A stretch of 64,000 nt of DNA from Podarcis erhardii (Eukaryota), in assembly GCA_964252035.1 (NCBI GenBank), contig OZ176202.1, one strand, 5' to 3'. Below are positions 12,741 to 24,600 of the stretch, piece after piece. The notes under the pieces were generated by a model. The model saw nothing but the letters and a program-made list of their open reading frames with translations. It did no database searches and had not been told where the DNA came from. Position numbers and translations under genes: made by a program. Position 1 is the first letter of the stretch. Every line of letters begins with the position of its first letter.

Positions 12741-13894
12741 TGTGGGTTCCCTTTGCGGGATCGTGTGTGGCGCTACAGTTCCCAGGGAACTTTCCAGTAG
12801 GGAGAGGGCTGGCTTGCCTCTCAGTGTTATTATTTGGAGGTTCACGCCCAGCCTCAGTAATCAAGTTTCTTGCTGGGAGGTGGGACCAGCCCCATTTATA
12901 AAAAGGGAGTGGAGCCGACGATAGCCAGGCAGTCGGCTCTGGAGATTCACCCTCCCTTTGTTTAACGTTTTCTTGTTTGCAGGTTAACCTTTTCTTCCGG
13001 TTTAGCGGGCGCTGCTACGGTCTTTGACTGGTTGTTGTTGAAGGACGGGGAAGAAATTTTCGTGCATTGGCAGGTTTTGTCTTCCCCGTAGCAATTCGCC
13101 ACAACTTTGGTGGTTATGGCCTTGGGTGGAATCCTTTAGTCTTTTCTTCCCTATAATGGGGGGACGAGGCAGCGTGAAGTGGTGAGTCACCCCCCTGAGG
13201 CGGCGATTCCAAGGTCCCCTCTTAAAAGGGGTTATACAGTGGTGCCTCGCAAGACGAAATTAATCCGTTCCGTGAGGCTCTTCGTCTAGCGGTTTTTTCG
13301 TCTTGCGAAGCAAGCCCATTGACAGCTTAGCGGATTAGCGCTATTAGTGGTTTAGCGGCTTTTAGCGGATCAGCTAATAAGCGGCTTATCAGCGGATCAG
13401 CTGATAAGCAGCTTAGGGCTTAGGAAAAGGGGGAAAAAAGGGGGGAAACCCGCAGGAACTCGCAAGACATTTTCGTCTTGCGAAGCAAGCCCATAGGGAA
13501 ATTCGTTTTGCGAAGCGCCTCCAAAACGAAAAACCCTTTCATCTAGCGGGTTTTCCGTCTTGCGAGGCGTTCGTCTTGCGGGGCACCACTGTATAATGGG
13601 TGTCACTGGCCATACACTGAAAGGTTGTCAGTGAACTACCCAGCATGAGGGGATATGGGCTGGGCTGCTTGCTATACTTATGTCTCGTAGAGCACCCCCA
13701 TATCCCATTTACCCTGATGTGCCCAGTTCCCCCAGCTGGGGGGCTGGGAGGGATACACACCCAAGGCCTAAGCCAAGGTCTTCCTACATTCGGATGTTTA
13801 ATAAAGTTGTGGCCTAATTTTAATTCCATAACATTGTCAGAGTCTTTTTTCCTTTCTTATGATCCCTGGGGGCTGGGGCTGTCGCGCCTGGTCA
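12741..13894 (+). mobile_element. Putative solo LTR, interrupted by a MITE
   Basis: Starts TG; TATA-like tttataaaaaggg at about 12895; aataaagttgtggcc at about 13800; GC/CpG-rich; no clean TSD found, so boundaries are tentative. Confidence 0.5.
13237..13591. mobile_element. Tc1/mariner MITE, family 2
   Basis: TA|cagtggtgcctcgcaagacg ... cgtcttgcggggcaccactg|TA. Confidence 0.9.
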
Positions 13895-16721
13895 CGAAAT
13901 GGCTTTGCAATATTTGCAATAATAACAATAGTATTGTTGTTGTTGCTATTTATTCAGTTTTATCTACTGGTTCCACACTTTCATCTCACAACTTTCTCGC
14001 ATTAGCAGTTTCATTCTAAGGCCCGATCAGAAGTTTTTTTTTTTTAAAAAAAAAATAATCATCATTGACCACTTGGAAATTGCTGAGAGATACTTAATAC
14101 TTAATGTTTGTATAGCGCACTAAGTTTTCCAAAAGCTTCATATGGATTATCCAGTTGTAACAGCAATTTGGAGGGAGCAGGGGACAAGCCCTGGCTGTCT
14201 ATATGCTACCAAGTCTGCTTCAAGGTCCTTGTATTTATGTCCAATCGGACTTGGAGCCAAGATACACCTTTTGCTGTACAGACCTGCCCCCCCTTTTAAA
14301 GGATTCACCAGGTAGGTTCTTTTGATTGTATCATTTTTAGCTGGAGCCCACTATATGACAGTGTAGGGGAGAGCCTTCTTGGTGATGGCACCCCATCACC
14401 AAGGTTTGTGGCCGAATTACACAACAGCAGCTGTTTACTGAGCATTCGTTCTAATTTGGTTGGGGTGGGCATATATGACATTGCACGAAACAATTGCCAT
14501 TTCACCTTTTCCACTGCAGTCTCCAATCACTTCCCTTCCTGCAAAAAGTTTGAGGATTAAAAAATAAATAAAAATGGAAGGGAAACACATTTGCACCAAA
14601 GTGACTTTAATTGTGCAACCTGAATTTTCTAGCATTTGCAATTTGTTTTATTTATTTCATAAAGTGTACGCATCATCCCCACAAAAGAGTGACAGTCTGG
14701 AAGCACCCTTAGTTATTTGAGCGGAATCTGATGTCAGGATTGATGCTTTTGGTCGTACTTTCTTGCCTTGTTTTTAGTAACAGCATTGGCAAACAAGGTG
14801 TTTGCCAGATATTGTTGGACTCCAACACCCATCACCCTTGACCGCTGGTCAAGTTCCTTGGGGCTGATAGGAGTTGTAGTTGCTATATTTGCTACCCCTG
14901 CTATAAGGTAAGGAGACACTAAGTGAATAATATTTCTACATTATTTTCCATCCTTTTCTTTTAAGTTATTGCTCAGACATAATCTTCCTCTTCTCTAGTT
15001 TTGTGATCTCCAAGGAGCAAATGCCAGCAAATATATGTAGAAGGTGAGTTATAAAAACTTACCTGATTTGTGCTCTCAAACAGTTTTGAATGTAGAAATT
15101 GAAATAATGTTATTGCTCACATTTTAGACAGAAATGGCTTCAAACTTTACGTTTGTATCATGCCTTTCTCATTTGAAATACTGCTGACAGGAAGATTAAT
15201 ACATTTTAAAACAGGAAATACCCTTACTTAGTAGTAAAGTTATGAAGGTAGTCAGGTAAGTACTGGGGTTCAAGCATATTTTGTATGTGTCAGTGACTCC
15301 TAGCTGAAGTCTTCATCTTGCATTTTATTCCATCAAAAGCTGAAAATGACAGTGGAAATTCCAAAGACATAATACTTTGCAATGTGGGTCACTGTCCAGC
15401 CACCCTGATAAATCAACCAATGTCTCAAATGTAGGTTATCTGTTCAAAAAAAACCAAGGCTTGCATTTTGAATTATTATCACACTTATTTATACCCATTT
15501 CAGGATACAAATAATTTCTCTGTATTGCACAGAGCTTGATTTGCTGTTATACGAATCTCATGGAAATATCAACCTCCACTGTGAGTGTAACAGACAACAG
15601 AGGAGAAAATCCATTTCACTCCACATGTTAATGTAAACCTATACAATTCACATTTACCAAATCAAAATGCAGCAAGCCATCAAAATTCATGTATGAGTGG
15701 AAAGGTTGCATAAGACTGGTGAAACCTGCTTCAATAAATTATTATTCAATTATTGCTGTTGCACTTTTATCCCACCCTTTCTCCTAAAGGAACATGCTTT
15801 GTTTTATAAATATAAAATGCATTGTATTACAGGGAAATTGCTTTCAGAAATGTTTGTATTAGAATAAATGTGAAGTAAAATGCTGAGAATATTTTTATGA
15901 GAACTTTCCCCTTCCTCAGCTGCTTTGGAAATTTGTGACAAGCTGAATTTAAGACTGGAAAAGTGAGAAGCTGAGAGAAAGCAAAACTAGCAGAACCGCC
16001 ATTCCTTGGTGCATCTAAATCAGTACATTAAGCAGGAAATAGTCTTCTGAAGACTTTCAAGAAGGCCTTCAGAAATGCTGAAAAATTAAATGGACAGCAT
16101 TCTGTGCCCAGCTTGCAATGGGAGCCGTGCCTGGATGGCAATTCTAACTATCTTGTCAAGCGTGATTTGTTACACTCATTGTGAAGTACCAGATATTAAG
16201 GAAACCGTTTACAAGGTTTCAGTAATAAGCTGCTGAATGCCTAATGGAGATAAGAAGAGATATTTCATGCATTTTAATAGGCACAAATGTAAAACATACT
16301 AGACACCGAAAAGTCATTTTAATAGAAGATTTTTTTTTTGTTGTTGGTGGCGACACACAGTTCCAACAAACTTTTTAATGCCATTACCTCTTCAGCAAAC
16401 ATATTTCCAATTGAGCTACTGATCTTATTTTCATAATGATAATGGAGAGTAACAGCTTAAAGAGCACAGGAACTAAGTGCCCGCTGGGATCTTTTTATCT
16501 AGGAAAAATTCATGAAGCAGGGAATGAATTCACATATAACAAACTGTTGATGGCAACACTGAACTTTTTTTCCGCTGTGCATGACTAATGCATATTTATT
16601 TCTATATGGAAATATATTCCACGCAAAAAACCCCAAAAGAATTAATTAAAGTAAACCCCTAAAAAGCCTATACTCTGAAAATACATTAAGTAGGGCGCAG
16701 CCTGACTCCCTCCTTTGGCAA

Positions 16722-16884
16722 TCTTTTCAAGACTTTAGCTTATGGCTGCCATTAATTTTGTTTTTAACTCATTTTTATAATGTTTTATAATGTTGTATTG
16801 TTTTAGTGTTGTTAGCCGCCCTGAGCCCGGCTTCGGCTGGGGAGGGCGGGATATAAATAAAATTTATTATTATTATTATTATTA
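16722..16884 (+). mobile_element. L2 3' end with (TTA)n tail
   Basis: gttagccgccctgagcccggcttcggctggggagggcgggatataaataaaatttattatt. Confidence 0.8.
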
Positions 16885-17318
16885 CCAACAGTGGAAGATT
16901 GGCAGATGAAGGTGATGGATTTCTCAGAGCTAGTCGACCTGACTGGAAGAGTCCGCGACCAGAAGGAGGAGGAGTACCAGGAAGAATGGGAAAAAATTAA
17001 AGACTACTAAGCCAAATATGTTAAGATAACTTAATTGAAAAAGCCTGCAAATAGGCCTAGGATTTAAATATGCAATGTGATAAATTAAAATGTTGAAATG
17101 CCGAATGGAAAGTTAGAAAGATGTTAAGTGACTAAGTTAATTTTATGAGAATATTGGTTTTGGAAAACCATTAAAATGATATACACTGAAATTCAACCAA
17201 GGGGATGCGAGGAAGTCGCTTAACAATGTTAATTAGATTAGTTACAATAAGGTTAGGATTTATGTTTGTTTGTTTGTTTGTGTGTTTAAAATTTTTGTGG
17301 AAAACTAATAAAAAAAAA
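16885..17318 (+). mobile_element. L1-clade LINE 3' end (ORF2 C-terminus, 3'UTR, A-tail)
   Basis: Reads EDWQMKVMDFSELVDLTGRVRDQKEEEYQEEWEKIKDY* and ends aataaaaaaaaa. Confidence 0.7.
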
Positions 17319-17519
17319 TTGGAGGAAAAAAGTCTATAATCTGAGAGCAAAGTAGCAGCTAGGAAAGAGAATGTCTTATTGCATTCATGCTAACTGCCAC
17401 AGATTAAATGGATGGAATGGTAGGCACAATCATGCATAGAAGTTCCAAAGGAGATATCAACTGCTCATTCAGGGAATCTACTTGGTTTAGATCAATCTTT
17501 TTTCTTTTCTTTTTTCTTT

Positions 17520-17714
17520 TTGATGTTGGGAAAGATTGAGGGCACAAGAAGAAGGGGACGACAGAGGACAAGATGGTTAGACAGCGTTCTCGAAGCTACC
17601 AACATGAGTCTGACCAAACTGCGGGAGGCAGTGGAAGATAGAAATGCCTGGCGTGCTCTGGTCCATGGGGTCACGAAGAGTCGGACACGACTAAACGACT
17701 AAACAACAACAACA
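17520..17714 (+). mobile_element. BovB-type RTE LINE 3' fragment
   Basis: MLGKIEGTRRRGRQRTRWLD...ALVHGVTKSRTRLND*; (CAA)n tail; TSD acttggttta at 17480-17489 and 17715-17724. Confidence 0.9.
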
Positions 17715-17753
17715 ACTTGGTTTAAACATTGTTTGCAAAGTTTAACCGGTATA

Positions 17754-17995
17754 CAGTGGTACCTCGGGTTACATACGCTTCAGGTTACATACGCTTCAGG
17801 TTACAGACTCCGCAAACCCAGAAATATTACCTCAGGTTAAGAACTTTGCTTCAGGGTGAGAACAGAAATCGTGTTCTGGCGGCGTGGCAGCAGCAGAAGG
17901 CCCCATTAGCTAAAATGGTACTTTAGGTTAAAAACAGTTTCAGGTTAAGTACGGACCTCCGGAACGAATTAAGTACTTAACCCGAGGTACCACTG
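17754..17995. mobile_element. Tigger-like MITE, family 1
   Basis: TA|cagtggtacctcggg ... cccgaggtaccactg; same family as 7767-7996. Confidence 0.9.
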
Positions 17996-18599
17996 GATAG
18001 TATATAAGACACCTCACGTCTGTGACAAGCCATGACTCTCTCTTTCTCCCAAGAAAGCATGTGGATTCTCCAGAACACACAGTGTTTTGTGATTTGGCAA
18101 ACAAATACACAAGGAACACCCAAACTCTACGTAAGTGAAATGATGACTGGACAAACTACTATGGATGGTACAGAGTAGGGGTGGGAAACCTCCAGCTCAT
18201 GGCGAAACCAGCAAGACTCCCAATCTGACCCACAAGGCTTTCCCCCCTCCCAACTATGTCTGATGTGGTTGGGCCGGCTCTGGGCCCGAGTTCCCCATGG
18301 GAAAGTAGGTTGCACAGCCAATCCCTGCAGACAGCAGCCTTGAAGGCATATATTGGCAGTACAGTCCATCAGCAGAAAACAGAAGGGAGCAGTGACCAGA
18401 AGCATAGCAGCTTTGGATTTACTTACACTTCCTCCCAGGGAACATTTGTTAATTTGCAACAGCTGGTAGGAAAAGAAGCTTGAGAAAATGGAAGAGAACG
18501 GATGCCAGGAAGGGTGGGACTGATCAACAGAGGCATTAAAAGTGAATAATAGAGAAGGAAGGGAGCAAGGAAAGGAGGCAGTGAGCTATCAGCCAAGAA

Positions 18600-19330
18600 T
18601 TCTCAGTGATTATAGACTCTGAAATTACATCTGCAAGCTCCTTTATAACCCTTGGGTGCAGCTCATCAGGCCCTGGAGATTTGAATTCATTTAAAGTAGC
18701 TAGGTGTTCCCTATCCACCTCTTTTCCTGTCTTGGGCCCTGCATCATTTAACCTGTTATTACTAGGTTGGGCAATGCTTTCCTTTTGGGAGAAGACTCCC
18801 ACTTTTCTTTCTCGTTGCAATTGTTTGCATTTGTGCCTGCAGTATTTCACCTCTAGGAAACTCTCATTCATCTTGAACTCATCTTTGAGTATTTCTGACC
18901 AGCAGTTCCTTAAGCTTTTTGACATCAGCATTTTTAAAATCCAAAGTACATATGTATGACTGCACTCAGCTTTCCCTTGTCTCTGTATCACGAAACCCAA
19001 GAGGACAAGATCACATCCTCCAAGTTTTGCAGTACTTCCACCTCATTTATCAGTACTCCCCTGTTAGTGAGGCCCAAGTCCAAGATAGATTATCCCCTTG
19101 TTGCTTCTGCCAGCTTCTGGGAAATGAAACTGTCAATGAGGCTATTGAAGAATTTGTTGTACCTTACATTCTTGGCAGAGTTTCAGTTGCAGCAGATATC
19201 AGAGTAACAGAAGTCTCCCATGACTACAATATCTCTCCTTTTTAAATGTTTCACAATCAGCTCTAGGAAGGCATCACACAAGTCTTTGGTCAGGCTTGAG
19301 GTCTGTAGCAGAAACCTGCAGTAAGGTCAC
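18600..19330 (-). mobile_element. Old CR1 LINE ORF2 fragment (endonuclease to RT linker), decayed
   Basis: Minus strand reads RDIVVMGDF...EATRG.SILDL and KSPGPDELHPRVIKELADVISE with stops and frameshifts. Confidence 0.75.
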
Positions 19331-20075
19331 TTACTGATGATTTGAAAAATGCATGAGGCCTAAAAAAAATACCCATTTTGTCCTTTGTCATTTCACCTTT
19401 GTCCTAATGTATCCTCGTTCTTACTAATGCAATCTTTCTTTTTTTCTTCCAATTAGCATCTGCTTAGATTTCAGGTCCCATAAATGCTTATTATGCAGTC
19501 ATATTTTCTGTTGAAGCTTCTGGTGGGATTAATGGCCTTTAAAAAAGAGAATTAATCCAATAATTCTCTGACCCAATGTTCCACATGTCCCCTGATGTAT
19601 CCCAAAAGGAAGAGGAAGAACCCTGTTCGTTCTATTATTGGACATCTCCCTGTTATTGTAAACAAGTGCCTACAGGAAATGCATTCTGAAACTTTTTGTA
19701 ATTGTGTAGAAGACAACTGGCATCTTTTCTCACCCTTTGGGAAAAGCTGCATGTGTACAGGAACCTTCACTGCACCTGATGGGGTTTTGTTTCTTTGAAA
19801 AAGAGTGTTGACAGACCTGAGAAAGCTCTTTGAATGTTCAACTTAATGCTCAAAGAGCACAAATGCAAGCTGTACTCCAGTTTATACCTGCCTGCCTCCC
19901 CAAGATTAAACAAAACCAAAACCATATCACCTTGGGGCAGTTCCAACACAGGTCCAAAGATCTCACGAGGCCACCTAACCAATGTCTTTTTCCCTGTCTG
20001 GGAATCATGAGTCTAGCCAATCATTCCCCGGCTGGGGGGGTGGGGGGAAGGTTGGTGTGTCATTTGACACTAGAG

Positions 20076-20263
20076 CAGAGCTTCCCCAACTTTTCATGTT
20101 GGTGACACAGTTTTTAGACATGCATCATTTTGCAACACAGCAATTTAGTTTTACTAGCAAACTGGAGGTGGAACTACTAACCCCTTTCCAGCGTTTGCGT
20201 GACACACCCAAACGTTGCAGCCAACACACCAGCATGTCACGACACACAGTTTGGAAAGCTCTG
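20076..20263. mobile_element. hAT-type MITE
   Basis: TIRs cagagcttccccaact / agtttggaaagctctg; degenerate 8-bp CTAGA-containing target sites. Confidence 0.75.
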
Positions 20264-20533
20264 CCCTAGAAAATAAGAATAAGAATGTTCTTATTTTTAT
20301 GCCGCCCATCTGACTGGGTTACCCCAGCCACTCTGGGTGGCTTCTAGCAAAATAAGAAACACAGATGGGCTACATGTCAGGATTCTGCCATCTTTCCTGG
20401 GGTACACCAATAACTACTTTTCCATCCATTTCCACAAGGTTGAAATATTTTTGAGCCTTGGATGTTGGGAGTGGGGTAGCACCCCACATAGAGCTGTGAG
20501 ATGCAAGAATTTGAACAGGTGTGCTCGAGTTTC

Positions 20534-20967
20534 CAAAATGGTCAAAGGTCAAAGGCCTGGAAACGATGCCTTATGAAGAACGGCTAAGGGAGCTGGGCAT
20601 GTTTAGCCTGGAGAAGAGGAGGTTAAGGGGTGATATGATAGCCATGTTCAAATATATAAAAGGATGTCACATAGAGGAGGGAGAAAGGTTGTTTTCTGCT
20701 GCTCCAGAGAAGCGGACACGGAGCAATGGATCCAAACTACAAGAAAGAAGATTCCACCTAAACATTAGGAAGAACTTCCTGACAGTAAGAGCTGTTTGAC
20801 AGTGGAATTTGCTGCCAAGGAGTGTGGTGGAGTCTCCTTCTTTGGAGGTCTTTAAGCAGAGGCTTGACAACCATATGTCAGGAGTGCTCTGATGGTGTTT
20901 CCTGCTTGGCAGGGGGTTGGACTCGATGGCCCTTGTGGTCTCTTCCAACTCTATGATTCTATGATTC
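20534..20967 (+). mobile_element. Young CR1 LINE 3' fragment
   Basis: [30 protein letters not shown]; (ATTCTATG)n tail. Confidence 0.93.
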
Positions 20968-21144
20968 CACCTCATTCCTATTCCATTTTGTAAGAAAGCA
21001 GCATCTCCTGCCAAATATTAAGTGTTTTTCACCTTTGGGTGTCTAGATAATAATTGTTGCTTTCCCTGAACCATTCATTCTTGCTTCTGTGCCGTCTTGA
21101 AAATGCATTCCATGTACACCAGCAGAATAAAGCTATGCATGGGA

Positions 21145-21300
21145 GCATAGGAACATAAACAGTTGCCTCATACTAAATCAGACTGAATTCTTTACATTGA
21201 CTAGCTGTGACTCCCAAGGAGCTTCAGGTAGAATCTGGAGATGTTGGAGATTGAATTTGGGACCTTTGGTAGGCAAAGCAGATGCTCTGCCACTGAGCTA
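21145..21300 (-). mobile_element. Older tRNA-derived SINE, eroded
   Basis: Reverse complement gives gtagctcagtggcagagcatctgctttg head and cagttg/ttcctatg-type tail; related to 36018-36188. Confidence 0.6.
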
Positions 21301-21334
21301 CAGATGGTTTTTTATACCCGAGTAGAGATTTTAT

Positions 21335-21655
21335 GGGATGCGGGTGGCGCTGTGGGTTAAACCACAGAGCCTAGGACTTGCTGATCAGAATGTTGGCGGG
21401 GTGAGCTCCCGTTGCTCATTCCCAGCTCCTGCCAACCTAGCAGTTTGTCAAAGTGCAAGTAGATAAATAGGTACCACTCTGGCAGAAAGGTAAACGGCGT
21501 TTCCATGCGCTGCTCTGGTTCGCCAGAAGCGGCTTAGTCATGCTGGCCACATGACCTGTACACTGGCTCCCTCAGCCAATAAAGCGAGATGAGTGCCGCA
21601 AACCCAGAGTTGGCCACGACTGGACCTAATGCTCAGGGGTCCCTTTACCTTTACC
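21335..21655 (+). mobile_element. Sauria SINE with 13-bp TSD tagagattttatg
   Basis: TSD at 21323-21335 and 21656-21668. Confidence 0.93.
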
Positions 21656-24600
21656 TAGAGATTTTATGACCGTGTTTCTGGCAAAAAAAGAGAGAAACTA
21701 GTGATCTTTGAATTTGGTTGGCGTCCCCTTCCTTGTGTTCTCTTACTTTGATACCGATATCTGAGCAGTGGTAGCAAGATCTGAACTTGTAGCTTGCATG
21801 AACCGGAGCTGGTTTTAATGATATGATCTTTTACGCTTATATCAGACACAACAGGAAAATCAAAACTGCAGCTTTTGAATATAGTAAAGTCCTGTAAGGT
21901 GCCCATATCTACCAACCAAGCATGTAACGTAATTTGCTGCATTCTGAGGCTTTTTATTTACTTGGGGGGGGGCAGATACTTTTATTCTGCCCAATCCATG
22001 CAGTAAATCCTATAAGGATAACACATGGATAATGTATTAGTCAATTTGATCATCAAATGAGATTTTGCAGTTTCCGCAGGAGAATGGATGGCAGTCTCTT
22101 ATGTGCCCAGTGCATTACTGAAAGCTTGAGATATCAGGGAGATGAATGGTCTTTATTAAGTTTCTGCCTCTCTCAGAGATGCAAGCTGAGAAATGTGTTG
22201 CGTCTGAACTGCGTGTCTGATCTTCCATCCACTTATCTTTCCCTAGCATTTGCCAATAAGATAATAGAAGTGGAAACTGCTTGGGTTGCCTGAGGACTGC
22301 AGAAATTCCTGCAAGTGAAAATTGCAAGGCACTTGCAAAGGGGTATGCCATATGAGCGAATCAGGCCTCCTCACAGCGCCTTCCCAATGCCCTGTCACCA
22401 TGGCCACTGCCCAGCCCTAGACCATATGACCAGCTGCAACTGGGCTGCAATTAGGGAGCTATGACTTGTGAAGCAAGACAGTAACTAAATTTTGCATGGA
22501 ATGGCTGAGCCTGCACCGATTTGGAAGGAAACAAGCAAATGGCATTATCCATTTATAAATCTCAGCAAGCTTTGGTTACTTAGAATTCCTGAGCTGGGTA
22601 TCTTCTGCTAGTGAGTCAATAACAGTTGATTAAGCATGCAGGCCTGCTCAGCAATCTAGGAAATGGAGCATGGAGCAGACTCAAAGCACTGAAATCACTC
22701 TTGGGGAAACACTTCCACTGATCAGTGCTACTGTCTTGAAAGTGAAGAAATGGGTCCAGTAATTTCAAACACTGACATCTGGTACTGTTGATCAACGTTG
22801 ATGTGGCTCCCTCCATTGATTAGGCCCTGGGTAATCCCCTACTCACCCAAGTAAAGTTCCTGCACCTGTTTTTGGGCCTTCCCTTCCTTGCTTCCTTTTG
22901 TAGAGGGCAGAACTTCAGGTGTGCCATTGCAGCATGGAGGAGGCATGAAAGGAAGGGCAACAGAAGACGCAGCTTGTCTTCTGCTTCAGTAGCCAACCTA
23001 AGAACTAGGGTGATTTGATGGAGGGAGTGCTAGTTTTGGTTTGGCAAGACCTAGTTTTGACTCCCCTCTCAACCATCACACACACTGGGTATCTTGGTAT
23101 CACTGTCAGCCTCAACTGGCATTTCTGATGATGGGATGGTCTCCCTGAAGTGAAGGTGTGATAAAAAGATAAGAGCAATGGCATAAAGGTATGGAAAGAA
23201 TCTCCTGGCTGCAACCTGGAAGACCTTCTTGTCTATCTTCTCCGAAACCTCAGCTGAAATCAACCACTGCATTCAGAAGGGACCGAACACGTCAGTATAA
23301 CCAATCTCTAAATTAAGCCACCTGGGAGACTGATTTAGGGTTTCTCATGATGGCATTTTAGCAGTGGCCGTTTCGGACTGACATGTCTGTGCTTAAATGT
23401 AGATAAGATCACATTCCAAACAATGCAAAAAGTGAAAGATCAGAGTTTGACATTTATTGCTGGCCATTCGTCACTTTAAAAGTAGCACAAAAGTTGAAAA
23501 GCTTGACTGCCGTATAGAAAATAGACTCTCAGTTTCATGACAGTGATATATATCAAAATGCCTTGCTACGCACCATTAATCTCTCATGACTAAGAATGGG
23601 CATCGCTCCATACCAGTGGCCCCTTCAAGTTCTAACAAGCCAGCTGAAGAAGACTTGAGCCACATGAGAGAAACACATAGTATTATTCCAGTGGTGCAAG
23701 AAGCAGAGGAACTGCAGAAACTAATGCAACACTGCAGGAAGCACTCAAATTAGTAGCCTAAAGTGAATGCCCACCATTAGAAGCGACACAGTGCTGACAT
23801 ACAAATCAAGCACACATGAACGGAAGCATAACAAATGAAAAGAAAAACATGCAATGCTTCCTTCCATCACCCAAAAGTGCCTATTAAAAAAACAAAACAA
23901 AAACAGATCCAGTAATGAAGGGGGGGGGGGAGCAGCAAAGTGGATGCAAAAAATATCTCTGAGTATCAGCTGAGGCCTACTGAGACCTGACAATTATGGA
24001 AGAGAGCTTTTTAGTCAGCAAGAGGCAGAGGAAGTGGGATAATAGGCAAAATATCTGCCTGTGTGCGCTTTTTAATTGAAAGTGCAATCTTCAAGTACAA
24101 CCCATTAAGTATTGCTCCATTTCAAGTCCCATCAAAGAAAGGTAGCTGTAAAGGAGAGTAACGAACACATGGGTCGCTTGAGTACTGCTGTCCGCAGGGA
24201 AGGAAGTGATGGGAGAATGGAAAGGAAACAAAGAGGTTTGTTGCATAGAGGAAGAGGTGGGCGGATGTCGTCAGCCACCTTGGCTACATGTGCAGAAGGC
24301 CAGTCAAGGGAACAATGTCTGGCACTGAGTCATGCCTCAGTTCTAAGGTAGACCATTGAAAGGGAGGAGAACACGGCAGCGTATGTGTTTTAAGGCCTGT
24401 AGTACAAATTGGCCTTGCATAACAACAGCAACAAAAGACTGTATTCCTTTCTTAAATTTCTTCCTTTGCCATATTTGTTCTCCCATCATCTTATAACAAG
24501 GGAGCTGTTTCCAGAAGAGAAGTGGGAGAGATTCTGTGGTTGCCACCAGGAGATGTTTGGTGTCACCTGCATTGACCTGGGTAGTCCTAGGAGCCTTCAT

